DNA of 64,000 nucleotides from Alphaproteobacteria bacterium. Lineage in GTDB: Bacteria > Pseudomonadota > Alphaproteobacteria > RF32 > CAG-239. Of the stretch, positions 1 through 8,750 are shown piece by piece; the first letter of the stretch is position 1, and every line of letters begins with the position of its first letter. Where the stretch lies: contig JAFUEX010000003.1 of NCBI GenBank assembly GCA_017470165.1, positions 19,544-83,543 of the forward strand, read 5' to 3'. The position numbers and the translations under genes are program-made. The notes below the pieces were generated by a model. The model ran no database searches and was not told where the DNA came from. It was given only the letters and a program-made list of their open reading frames with translations.

Positions 1-2072
1 ATGTCACACAGTCCGCCGTCTTTGTATTTTTGCAGACAAACGCCACGGCCGCGAGCAATTACCGGTACTTCTTCGATTTTGCACACCAAAATTTTGCGAT
101 TATCACCGATGAATGCCACCATATCGCCGCAAACTTTTTTACAAAGTATGGCTCTGTCACCATCAGCTACGTTCATAATCTTGCGTCCTTGGCGGGTTTG
201 GGCAATAAAATGATGCTCGTCGACAATAAATCCGTAACCGGATTTGGAGGCAATAAGATAACTGTCTTGGCTGGAGGGGACAAACATATCCACTACATCA
301 TCGTTAACTCCGACATCCACCATCAGACGCAGCGGTTGGCCAAAGCCGCGGCCGGTCGGAATATCGCAGGCATTAACGTTGAAAAACTTGCCGGATGAAT
401 CAAAAATCACGATTTTGTCGGTAGTTTGAGCGTGAACGGCCATCAATAATCCGTCATCATCCTTAAATTTGAACTCGTCACTGAGCGGCAGATGGCCTTT
501 CATCGCGCGAATCCAGCCCTTTTGCGAAAGGATTACGGTAATCGGCTCTTTTTCAACCCGAGCCTCAATTGAGATGTCGATATTGTCGATATCTACCTCG
601 GCAAATTCGGTGCGGCGGGCACCCAAGGAGGTTTTTTTGCCGAATTTGTCTTTGACAAGGCGTATTTCTTCGGCAATTTTGCGCCATCTGAGTTCGTCTG
701 AACCCAGCAGTTCTTCCAAAGATTTTTTATCTTCGCTGAGGTCGGCAAACTCTTGTTTAATCTCGGCCTCATCAAGTTTGCGCAAGTTGCGCAGTTTCAT
801 ATTGAGGATGGATTCGGCCTGCACATCGCTGAGAGCAAAACGCGCTATCAACTGGTCTTTGGGCTCGTCTTCCTCGCGGATGATGCGGATAATCTCGTCC
901 AAATTGAGATAGGCAATGAGATAGCCGGAGAGGATTTCCAACCGCGCGATGATTTTTTGCAAACGGTGGAGTGAGCGACGCTCCAAAACCTTAACACGAT
1001 GGTTGAGGTATTCGCGACAAACTTCGGCAATGCTCATAACCCGCGGCACGCCATCCGAATCCAGCACGTTCATATTCATATTGAATTTGGTTTCGAGCTC
1101 GGTTTCCTTAAACAAAATCTCCATCAAAACCTGAGCGTCGACATTGCGGTTTTTGGGCTCCAAAATGATGCGGATATCTTGAGCGGATTCGTCGCGGATA
1201 TCGGCCAACAGGGGGATTTTTTTGTCAATCACCAGCTGAGCAATACGCTCGATAAGTTTGGACTTGATGACCTGATAAGGAATTTCGGTGATGACGATTT
1301 GATATTGTCCGAGGCCCAAATCTTCTTTTTGCCATTTGGAGCGCACACGAAAACTCCCTTTGCCGGAAGTATAGGCATCGACAATGGCAGAAAACTTGTC
1401 AACAATGATGCCGCCGGTTGGAAAATCGGGACCTTTGAGCTTGCGCACCAGTGATTCGATAGAAGATTCCGGCTTGTCAATCATCAAAAGCAAGGCATCG
1501 CAGACCTCTGCCAAATTGTGTGGCGGGATGTTGGTGGCCATTCCCACGGCGATGCCGTTGGAGCCGTTGCACAGCAGATTGGGAACGGAGGAGGGCATAA
1601 CCACCGGTTCTTGCTCTTCGCCGTCATAGGTGTCGATAAAATCGACCGCATTTTCGTTCAAGCCATCCATTAAGGCAACGGCAAATTCGGTCATACGAGC
1701 TTCGGTATAACGCATGGCGGCCGGAGAGTCGCCGTCGATATTGCCGAAATTGCCCTGACCGTCGACCAAGGGATAGCGCACCGAAAAATCCTGCGCCAAG
1801 CGACACATTGCGCCATAAACCGAGGAATCACCGTGAGGGTGATATTTACCGATGACATCGCCGACCACGCGGGCGCATTTCTTGAAACCGGATTTGGGGT
1901 CAAGATGCAGCTGACGCATGGCATACAAAAGGCGGCGGTGCACCGGTTTGAGACCGTCACGGACATCGGGAAGCGAGCGTGAGACAATGGTGGACATCGC
2001 ATAGGACAAATAGCGCGAGCTCAGCTCCTCTTTAAGATAAACTTCCGTAATTTTTTCTTCCGCCGACGACAT
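1..2072 (-). CDS. parC: DNA topoisomerase IV subunit A (ParC); N-terminal ~690 codons, C-terminus runs off the left edge
   Basis: Absent from the ORF track because it has no stop in the window. My translation from ATG 2072..2070 reads [93 protein letters not shown]. The same frame is still open at nt 1 (..[16 protein letters not shown]). GNFGNIDGD and LHLDP favour ParC over GyrA. Confidence 0.8.
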   Translation of the reverse strand, partial: MSSAEEKITEVYLKEELSSRYLSYAMSTIVSRSLPDVRDGLKPVHRRLLYAMRQLHLDPKSGFKKCARVVGDVIGKYHPHGDSSVYGAMCRLAQDFSVRYPLVDGQGNFGNIDGDSPAAMRYTEARMTEFAVALMDGLNENAVDFIDTYDGEEQEPVVMPSSVPNLLCNGSNGIAVGMATNIPPHNLAEVCDALLLMIDKPESSIESLVRKLKGPDFPTGGIIVDKFSAIVDAYTSGKGSFRVRSKWQKEDLGLGQYQIVITEIPYQVIKSKLIERIAQLVIDKKIPLLADIRDESAQDIRIILEPKNRNVDAQVLMEILFKETELETKFNMNMNVLDSDGVPRVMSIAEVCREYLNHRVKVLERRSLHRLQKIIARLEILSGYLIAYLNLDEIIRIIREEDEPKDQLIARFALSDVQAESILNMKLRNLRKLDEAEIKQEFADLSEDKKSLEELLGSDELRWRKIAEEIRLVKDKFGKKTSLGARRTEFAEVDIDNIDISIEARVEKEPITVILSQKGWIRAMKGHLPLSDEFKFKDDDGLLMAVHAQTTDKIVIFDSSGKFFNVNACDIPTGRGFGQPLRLMVDVGVNDDVVDMFVPSSQDSYLIASKSGYGFIVDEHHFIAQTRQGRKIMNVADGDRAILCKKVCGDMVAFIGDNRKILVCKIEEVPVIARGRGVCLQKYKDGGLCD

Positions 2073-2082
2073 CGTAATTCCC

Positions 2083-2805
2083 TTAAGGTTTTGCAATCAA
2101 ATCTGCGCCCAAACTAACACGGCAAATCGGAAATTTCAAGTTGTGAATCGCAAAAAAGTTTTTGTTGAGGAAAAATTCGGTCATCCTTAATAATTCGGCC
2201 ATTTCAGCGACGGCGGGAAAACGGTTTTGCTCAATGATAAAACGGGGATAGGTAAACAAGCGTTCGGCATAGGGCAGGCCGGCAGAATAGCTGACGGCGC
2301 AGCCGCTTTTGGGGGAGACAAAGGCCAAGTTATTGCGGCTTCCGGTTGCGACGCATTTGTTCAAATCCAGCCCTACGCCCAAAAAATCCAGCAAACCGTA
2401 TTCCCAAAAACAATAAGCAGCCAGCCAATTTTCATCAGCGGCGGCCGAGATAAAAGCGGCAGCCAAGGCATAAAGCTCGTCAGCGGGTTGCAGCTCGGGC
2501 AGGCAGATATTGCATAGCGCACAGAAACACGACAAGCAGCGCAGTTTGTCACCGGAGGCCAGAAAATCGACCGCTTGGGGCGCAATAAGCTCCACGCGAA
2601 GGCTGAGCATATTTTCATCAAGGCGCGACCACGCATCAATTTTGACCAAATTGCCGGCCTGAAAGGTGGCGGAGCTTTTTTTGCCGGCGCCGGACTTGAC
2701 ATAACCGCATACCTTGCCGTGAGTTTGGCTGAACACTGTCAATATGAGGGATGATTCGCCATGGCGGCGGCAGTTGATGATATATCCCTCGTCGACAAAA
2801 CGCAT
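2083..2805 (-). CDS. recO: DNA repair protein RecO
   Basis: 240-aa ORF. The N-terminal OB-fold-like sequence MRFVDEGYIINCRRHGESSLILTVFSQTHGKVCGYVK is typical of RecO. It sits 5 nt downstream of kdsA. Confidence 0.8.
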   Translation of the reverse strand: MRFVDEGYIINCRRHGESSLILTVFSQTHGKVCGYVKSGAGKKSSATFQAGNLVKIDAWSRLDENMLSLRVELIAPQAVDFLASGDKLRCLSCFCALCNICLPELQPADELYALAAAFISAAADENWLAAYCFWEYGLLDFLGVGLDLNKCVATGSRNNLAFVSPKSGCAVSYSAGLPYAERLFTYPRFIIEQNRFPAVAEMAELLRMTEFFLNKNFFAIHNLKFPICRVSLGADLIAKP

Positions 2806-2809
2806 GGCG

Positions 2810-3658
2810 CTAGAAATAATCGGTAATGCGAGTTTTGGTCAAGGTGTCATATTCTTTGAGATAGCTCAAAATTGACTTCATATTGGCCAAAGCGATGGTG
2901 TTGGGGCCGTCGGAAAGGGCTTTGTCGGGGTTTTCGTGGGTTTCCATAAATATACCGCCGACACCGGCAGACAAAGCGGCACGCGCCAATATCGGAGCCA
3001 TCTCGCGGTTGCCGCCGGTCGAGGCGCCGAGCTGTCCGGGTTTTTGCACCGAGTGAGTGGCATCAAAAATCACCGGATGGCCGGTAGTTTTGGCCATGGT
3101 GGCAAAACCGGTCATATCCACCACCAAGGTATGATACCCAAACGAGGTGCCGCGTTCGGTCAGGCAGACTTGGTCATTGCCACTATCGGTGCATTTTTGC
3201 ACGGCATTTTTCATATCTTCGGGGGCTAAGAACTGTCCTTTTTTGATGTTGATAGCCTTACCGGTTTGGGCAGCTGCGACCAAAAGGTCGGTTTGGCGGC
3301 ACAAAAAAGCCGGAATTTGCAGCATATCGACGTGAGGCGCTACCAACGCGCATTGGGCGGGCTCGTGAACATCGGTAACAATCGGCAGATTAGGAAACAA
3401 CGACTTGATGGCATCAAAGGTTTCCATCCCTTTGGTTAAGCCGACACCGCGGGCGCCGTTAATCGACGAACGGTTGGCTTTGTCAAAAGAGGCTTTGAAG
3501 ATATAAGGGATATCAAGGTCAGTGGTTATTTCGACCATGGCCGAGCAAATATCGATGGCGTGTTGTTTGCTCTCGATTTGGCAAGGACCGCACAGCAGCG
3601 CAAAAGGCAGGCGATTGCTGATTTTGACCGAGCCGAGCGAAATTGTTTTTTGTTCCAT
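2810..3658 (-). CDS. kdsA: 2-dehydro-3-deoxyphosphooctonate (KDO-8-P) aldolase
   Basis: 282-aa ORF with KdsA-like sequence throughout (LLCGPCQIES, FKASFDKANRSS, VTDVHE, LQIPAFLCRQTDL, FDATHSVQ). Confidence 0.9.
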   Translation of the reverse strand: MEQKTISLGSVKISNRLPFALLCGPCQIESKQHAIDICSAMVEITTDLDIPYIFKASFDKANRSSINGARGVGLTKGMETFDAIKSLFPNLPIVTDVHEPAQCALVAPHVDMLQIPAFLCRQTDLLVAAAQTGKAINIKKGQFLAPEDMKNAVQKCTDSGNDQVCLTERGTSFGYHTLVVDMTGFATMAKTTGHPVIFDATHSVQKPGQLGASTGGNREMAPILARAALSAGVGGIFMETHENPDKALSDGPNTIALANMKSILSYLKEYDTLTKTRITDYF

Positions 3659-3739
3659 AGCAGTAAATCCTTTCGGGTTGATAAATATGAGGGCAGTCTA
3701 GCACAATGACGGCACAAGGCAAGGATAAAAACAATTTGG

Positions 3740-3768
3740 TTGACAAGAAAAAAATATTTGGCGACAAT
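3740..3768 (+). promoter_or_regulatory. Sigma70-like promoter candidate for rubrerythrin
   Basis: TTGACA (3740..3745), 17-nt spacer, GACAAT (3763..3768), about 40 nt upstream of the rbr ATG. Confidence 0.35.
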
Positions 3769-3805
3769 CAGCGAGTTGATATTTTTTTTTAAAAGGAGTA
3801 AATTG

Positions 3806-4345
3806 ATGCAATTAAAAGGGTCTAAAACCGAGAAAAATCTGATGGAGGCTTTTGCCGGCGAGTCGCAGGCACGCAACAAATACACCTATTATGCTTCCAA
3901 GGCCAAAAAGGAAGGCTATAACATTATTGCTGCCAAGTTTGAAGAAACCGCCAATAATGAGAAAGAGCACGCCAAAATTTGGTTCAAACTGCTGCATGAC
4001 GGGGCAGTTCCTTCTACTATTGATAATCTGAAAGATGCCGCGGGCGGAGAGAATTTTGAGTGGACGGATATGTATGCCCGTATGGCCAAAGAGGCAAGAG
4101 AAGAGGGGTTTGATAAAATTGCCGCGCTGTTTGAGATGGTGGGCAAAATCGAAAAAGGTCACGAGGAGAGATATCAGGCCTTGCTAAAGTCGCTGGTTGA
4201 GGGCAATATTTTTAAGCGGCCGACCAAAGTGGTGTGGGAATGCGCCAATTGCGGCTGTCGGGTAGAATCGCCTTTGGCTCCGGAAAAATGTCCGGTGTGC
4301 GACCATCCGCAGGCTTATTTCTTCGAGCTGCAAGAGCAGTTTTGA
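3806..4345 (+). CDS. rbr: Rubrerythrin
   Basis: AAAGGAG RBS precedes ATG 3806. The sequence [38 protein letters not shown].. has a ferritin-like di-iron domain and a C-terminal rubredoxin-like CANCG..CPVCDHP. The track ORF start at 3740 is an upstream extension. Confidence 0.9.
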   Translation: MQLKGSKTEKNLMEAFAGESQARNKYTYYASKAKKEGYNIIAAKFEETANNEKEHAKIWFKLLHDGAVPSTIDNLKDAAGGENFEWTDMYARMAKEAREEGFDKIAALFEMVGKIEKGHEERYQALLKSLVEGNIFKRPTKVVWECANCGCRVESPLAPEKCPVCDHPQAYFFELQEQF

Positions 4346-4391
4346 GTATAAAACTTGAGGCCATCTCAGCCTTTGTGAAAAAAAACAAAGT

Positions 4392-4426
4392 AAAATGCGG
4401 CAGAGTGAACAACTTTGCCGCATTTT
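4392..4426. terminator. Bidirectional intrinsic terminator hairpin between rbr and the 789-aa ORF
   Basis: AAAATGCGGCA (4392..4402) pairs with TGCCGCATTTT (4416..4426): an 11-bp perfect stem with A/T tracts on both sides. Confidence 0.6.
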
Positions 4427-4451
4427 GCGTGGAGAGGATTATTAAGGGGGA

Positions 4452-6821
4452 TTATCGCCCTTTATTTCTATTACGCGCCCGTTCAAGTGCCTCATCACGG
4501 ATCTTATCGGCATTCTTAAGTGCATTATTTGCATCTTCTTTATAGTCGCTTCTAGCCTCTTGACGAACTTCTCTGCGGCTACGGCGTTCTCCATTTCCCT
4601 TCCAATCGTTAATTCTCCCCTGTAAGTAAAGGAATCTCCGGATTTTTCTTTTTGATAATGAGCCCTTACCGGCAAGTTTTTCTTGCTTCTTTTCGAGTCT
4701 CTCTATCGCTCGTTGTTTCTTTGTCTCTAGAGCTTTCTGTTTTTTTGCTTCCTTTTTTTTCCTCTTCTGCTCTCTTTCAGCCTCTTTTTCAGCCTTTTTC
4801 TTTCTCTTTTTCCATTCATTGTATTTGTCGCGTTTAGACGAGTCTTCCTTCCACTTAGCCTTACAACGATCCCACATACGTTTTAAAAAGTTTTTAGATT
4901 CGTGTCGATGATCCAAATGATCTTCTACCCCCTTTCGCATAGTGGATTCTATGAGCTGTTTGTAGGTGTCTGGATCATTTTTTCTCAAATGGTCGATAAA
5001 ATTTTTCTGTATATTATCAAGTGATAAAGGCCCAGCTGTTTTTTGAAATTCTTCATATTTTCTGATGATTGCAAGAGCTGCTACGACTGCACCTGCTTTG
5101 CTTTTTTGTTCTAGGTTCAGTTTACCAGAATAAAAAGAAAGACTATTCCTGTCTATCTCAAGGGCCTTCTTCTTTTCTGGATCAGTAATTGTTTTCAAAA
5201 AAGCCATTTGAGCTTTGGTATCTGCCTCGTATAATTTATAGTACTTGTTATATGTATTTTTTGTCTTTTCGCCATTTTTCAAATCATCAAGTAGCGTAAG
5301 TTGCTTGTCTCGAGGACACCAGCCAGCTACGCCAGGTTCATGATTATACCAAGCACGTGTTGTAGTATTACCTACAGTTTTTAAGCAAGCCTTCCACAGG
5401 CCTTTGGTCATTTTGTCTTCGGTGCGGAGTTCGCGATAACTTTCTTTCAAAATTTGAAACACACTTCTTGGTTTTTCCGGCTCGGGACCAATATACGCTG
5501 CAAATTCTTCAGGAAATACTTCGGGATTTCTTTCAACTGTAGAGTTTAAAGGTTCGCTAACAGCACGCCATAAACCAGCCCCATGGCTACTCCATTCTGA
5601 AATAATAGCAATTTCCTCCGGATTATTTAAAACCGCTATTATTTTATCAGGGTGTTTTTCAATTATATCCTTACAATTAAACAACACACTATCAATATTT
5701 AAAGCATCAAATAAAGGTTTTCCCTCTTTATCTTTAGCATCTATCAAAGTTTTAACCATATCGGGGTGTTTATCTATCATATCTAATACAACGGACTTGT
5801 CATATTCAACACCATCAAGGGCTTTGATTAAATCGTCTTTTGTGATTTGTGCATCTTCGGTTTGTTTCTGTTGGCTATCTGTCGATTGTCGTTTGTCATT
5901 AGACTGTTTTTTTGGGTCTCCACCACCTCCAGTACTATCATATTGCTGTTGAGGTTGCTGTTGCTGTTGCTGTTGCTGTTGAGGGTTGTCATTTTGTGAT
6001 TGTGTGGTTTCTCTATCAATTTTTTCCTTAACAGCTTCAATGTTTGAGATGGTTTTTCCTGCTTTTTCAAGTTCTTGTACCAAAATTTTTAAGGCATCCC
6101 CTTTATAGGCATCTGGGTTGATCCTGATGAATTGAATACCTACAGTGTTAGTAACGATGACGCTGCAATAGTCCTTTATCTCTTCAGCAGTAGGATCACG
6201 ACGCTTGCCTTGCCCATCTTTGGCAACAATGCGAAATGCGTTTCCTTTCTTCTCGAAACTGACAGTTTTTGTTTCGCCATTATTGTCTTTGTGGGAGTAA
6301 ATTTTTGTTTTCTCGTCAAATGTATATCCTTTTGTCGTTATTTGAGGCAAAGTATTAGCAGTCGTTGACATAATAACAGGTACCTTAAGTCGTTCCCATC
6401 CTTCTTCATTGGAACTTTGGGTATCTTGACCAAAAGGACCACCAACATCTACTACTTCTTCATTGTTTTGTGGTGTATCACCAGTGTTTGGTTGTTCGTT
6501 TTCTTGGTCATTCTTGTTTTTTTGTTCTTGTTCTTTTTCTTGTGCTTCTTTTTTTAATTCTTCAATCTTATTCTTAAATGCGTCTACTATGTTCTTAAAA
6601 TCGCTATCAAGCTCTGACATATCTTTAAAAAAATCGTCAGATACCATTGTTTCTAAACTTTTCAGAGCTTCAGGGGCTACACTATATGTGCCATTCGTAA
6701 TGTTTTGCATAAAAGTGCCAAATAATTGTTGAGGATTAGGGTTATTGAAAGGTTTTTTAGCAGCGTATTCCCATTGTTTGGCCTTTTCTGGTGTTATAAT
6801 TTTTTCCTCATTTTCTGCCAT
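4452..6821 (-). CDS. Hypothetical 789-aa protein; K/E/Q-rich, polyQ tract, basic coiled-coil-like C-terminus, no signal peptide
   Basis: Long uninterrupted ORF. A GGGAGGG RBS lies 7 nt before ATG 6821 (MAENEEK..), so the track start at 6881 is probably an extension. No family recognised. The DNA is visibly AT-richer than its neighbours. Confidence 0.6.
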   Translation of the reverse strand: MAENEEKIITPEKAKQWEYAAKKPFNNPNPQQLFGTFMQNITNGTYSVAPEALKSLETMVSDDFFKDMSELDSDFKNIVDAFKNKIEELKKEAQEKEQEQKNKNDQENEQPNTGDTPQNNEEVVDVGGPFGQDTQSSNEEGWERLKVPVIMSTTANTLPQITTKGYTFDEKTKIYSHKDNNGETKTVSFEKKGNAFRIVAKDGQGKRRDPTAEEIKDYCSVIVTNTVGIQFIRINPDAYKGDALKILVQELEKAGKTISNIEAVKEKIDRETTQSQNDNPQQQQQQQQQPQQQYDSTGGGGDPKKQSNDKRQSTDSQQKQTEDAQITKDDLIKALDGVEYDKSVVLDMIDKHPDMVKTLIDAKDKEGKPLFDALNIDSVLFNCKDIIEKHPDKIIAVLNNPEEIAIISEWSSHGAGLWRAVSEPLNSTVERNPEVFPEEFAAYIGPEPEKPRSVFQILKESYRELRTEDKMTKGLWKACLKTVGNTTTRAWYNHEPGVAGWCPRDKQLTLLDDLKNGEKTKNTYNKYYKLYEADTKAQMAFLKTITDPEKKKALEIDRNSLSFYSGKLNLEQKSKAGAVVAALAIIRKYEEFQKTAGPLSLDNIQKNFIDHLRKNDPDTYKQLIESTMRKGVEDHLDHRHESKNFLKRMWDRCKAKWKEDSSKRDKYNEWKKRKKKAEKEAEREQKRKKKEAKKQKALETKKQRAIERLEKKQEKLAGKGSLSKRKIRRFLYLQGRINDWKGNGERRSRREVRQEARSDYKEDANNALKNADKIRDEALERARNRNKGR
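5955..5981. repeat. Hexanucleotide microsatellite (TTGCTG)x4.5 encoding the polyQ tract
   Basis: TTGCTG repeats head to tail from 5955 to 5981 within the 789-aa ORF, giving QQQQQQQQQPQQQ on the minus strand. Confidence 0.85.
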
Positions 6822-6849
6822 GATGATGCCCTCCCGATAGTGGTTTTGT

Positions 6850-7040
6850 CTCTCCACAAACCTACCTTTTTGGAGAGGCAAAAACCCTACACAATTTTGT
6901 GAAAATCAAAATTATTATTCGTTAATAAAAAATTAGCAAAATCAATCTATAATGCCTTAAATTTAATTAGTTGCATTTAGACAGAAAATATGCTATTATA
7001 TGTCTAAATGATATATCCATAAACCTAGGTTTGTGGAGAG
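6850..7040. repeat. 15-bp perfect inverted repeat bracketing the 161-bp upstream region of the 789-aa ORF
   Basis: CTCTCCACAAACCTA (6850..6864) and TAGGTTTGTGGAGAG (7026..7040) are exact reverse complements. There is also a direct repeat TGGAGAGGCA at 6871..6880 and 7034..7043. Confidence 0.7.
6974..7010. promoter_or_regulatory. Operator-like palindrome enclosing a -10-like TATAAT (minus strand)
   Basis: CATTTAGACA (6974..6983), 17 nt, TGTCTAAATG (7001..7010): 10-bp perfect inverted arms. On the minus strand the spacer contains TATAAT. Confidence 0.45.
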
Positions 7041-7160
7041 GCAGAATGATGATAACTGCTTGTTTTTACACAAAGACCGCGGAAAAATAAAATTAGCTTG
7101 CCAAAAGGCGCTTTTTTGCTTAGTCTGGCATATCAATGAAGCAACCGAGGGACAGGCCGG

Positions 7161-8267
7161 ATGAAACCTAATTCAATTTTAGGACGTTATGTTAATAAAC
7201 AGTTGGTGTTCAATTTTTTGGCTGTGCTGTTTATTATTTTGGGTATCATTTTTTTGTTTGAGATGGTTGAGCGGTTGCGGCGGATATCCGGCTCGGCTGA
7301 TTTCGGCGTATGGTTTGCCGTGCAGCTTGCGGTGTCGCGGCTGCCCAAAACTGTAGAGCAGGTGTTCCCCTTTGTGATGATGATTGCAGCGATGGTGACA
7401 TTTTGGCGACTCGGCAAAACTAACGAATTTGTAGTGATGCGGGCAGCCGGTGTATCGGTATGGAATTTTTTGACGCCGGTGTGTGCAGCAACCTTAATTA
7501 TCGGGGTGATTAATGTGACAATGATAAACCCGATTGCCGCCGGTTTGTACGGGATGTATGAGACATTGGAGCGCCGAGTCGATACCCAAAACCCCAAGGC
7601 GATGATGTATTCAGAACAGGGATTGTGGATTCGCGAGGCGACGGATGAGGGCAATACTATGGTGCTGAATGCCAAAAAACTGCAGCACGAAAAAGACGAA
7701 TTGCTGCTCAGAGGGGTGACAATTATCGAGCTGGACGAGAAGACGCAGCCGTTGCGGCGAATCGAGGCTTTTGCCGGCGTGCTGCGCGATGGTTTTTTCA
7801 GCCTGAAAGATGTGCGGATTTATCAGGCGGGCAAGCCAGTCGAGCTGGTGAACGATATGGAATACAAAACCGTGCTGGATATGGGACGAATCGAGGATAG
7901 TTTTGCCGAGCCGGAGGCTATATCTTTTTGGGCGCTGCCGGATGTTATCCGCTTCTATGACAAATCGGGGTTTGCGGTACAGCGGCATCAGATGCGGTTT
8001 TGGTCGCTGGTGATATCACCGTTGTTTTTGGTGACGATGGTGCTGATGGCGGCGGTGTTTGCGCTGAGGCCGTCGCATAGAGCCGGCGGGGTGATATTTT
8101 TGATTGTGGGGGGAATTATTGCCGGATTCTCTACCTATTTTATGTCGCAGCTGGTTTATGCAATGGGAATTAGCGGCGGACTGCCGGTGGGATTGGCGGT
8201 GATTGCCCCGACGATGATTGCCGGTTCGGTGGCCGCGTCGGCGCTGCTGCAGCTTGAGGGCGAATAA
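7161..8267 (+). CDS. lptG: LPS export ABC permease, LptF/LptG (YjgP/YjgQ) family
   Basis: 368-aa ORF with multiple TM segments. The N-terminus (L.RY..KQL...F) and the large periplasmic loop are typical of this family. Assignment to F versus G is uncertain. Confidence 0.75.
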   Translation: MKPNSILGRYVNKQLVFNFLAVLFIILGIIFLFEMVERLRRISGSADFGVWFAVQLAVSRLPKTVEQVFPFVMMIAAMVTFWRLGKTNEFVVMRAAGVSVWNFLTPVCAATLIIGVINVTMINPIAAGLYGMYETLERRVDTQNPKAMMYSEQGLWIREATDEGNTMVLNAKKLQHEKDELLLRGVTIIELDEKTQPLRRIEAFAGVLRDGFFSLKDVRIYQAGKPVELVNDMEYKTVLDMGRIEDSFAEPEAISFWALPDVIRFYDKSGFAVQRHQMRFWSLVISPLFLVTMVLMAAVFALRPSHRAGGVIFLIVGGIIAGFSTYFMSQLVYAMGISGGLPVGLAVIAPTMIAGSVAASALLQLEGE

Positions 8268-8275
8268 AAAAGTGC

Positions 8276-8303
8276 TTGAAAAATAAAAAAAACGTAGTAT
8301 AAA
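8276..8303 (+). promoter_or_regulatory. Sigma70-like promoter candidate for rplY
   Basis: TTGAAA (8276..8281), 16-nt spacer, TATAAA (8298..8303). Confidence 0.4.
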
Positions 8304-8376
8304 TCAAGGCAATGTCCGGCACCCCTGGAGGTCGGGCAGGAATGGTGATTTTTTTTGATAAAAAAGGAAAAAACAG

Positions 8377-8661
8377 ATGATTACATTTAATGCTGAAAAA
8401 AGAGAAAAAGCAGGTAAGGGGGCAGCTCGGGAGTGTCGTCGCGAGGGTCGTGTTCCTGCCGTTATTTATGGCGGAAAACAGGAGCCGATGATGATTTCTT
8501 TGCATCCGGTAGAGCTGGAAAAAGCACTGGATGAGAGAGATTTCTTTACTGCCGATGTGGAAATTACGGTTGACGGCAAAAAGATGAAGGTAAGCGCAAA
8601 AGATGTGCAATTTCATCCGGTTTCGGACAAGCCGATTCATGTTGACTTTGTAAGAAAATAG
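8377..8661 (+). CDS. rplY: 50S ribosomal protein L25 (short form)
   Basis: 94 aa: MITFNAEKREKAGKGAARECRREGRVPAVIYGG..VQFHPVSDKPIHVDF, the L25 signature. Confidence 0.85.
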   Translation: MITFNAEKREKAGKGAARECRREGRVPAVIYGGKQEPMMISLHPVELEKALDERDFFTADVEITVDGKKMKVSAKDVQFHPVSDKPIHVDFVRK

Positions 8662-8687
8662 TCGATTCAGTTGTGGTTTTGACCAAA

Positions 8688-8734
8688 AAGGGCAGAGAAT
8701 GGCTCAATGCGGGTTCTCTGCCCTTGATTTTTTT
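8688..8734 (+). terminator. Intrinsic terminator between rplY and pth
   Basis: AAGGGCAGAGAA (8688..8699) pairs with TTCTCTGCCCTT (8714..8725), a 12-bp perfect stem followed by GATTTTTTT. Confidence 0.7.
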
Positions 8735-8750
8735 GAGGAATGACGGGAAA

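Noticed and set aside
30-2002. Track ORFs on both strands across 1..2072 (for example 30..398 +, 469..912 +, 999..1454 +, 1691..2002 -).
   Set aside because: They all lie inside, antisense to, or out of frame with the long open parC frame, which the track omits because it has no stop in the window. Their translations are low-complexity and unlike any protein family.
5943-5981. Possible CRISPR-like or other interspersed repeat array.
   Set aside because: It is only a short head-to-tail hexanucleotide microsatellite within a coding region. I saw no repeat-spacer architecture anywhere in the window.
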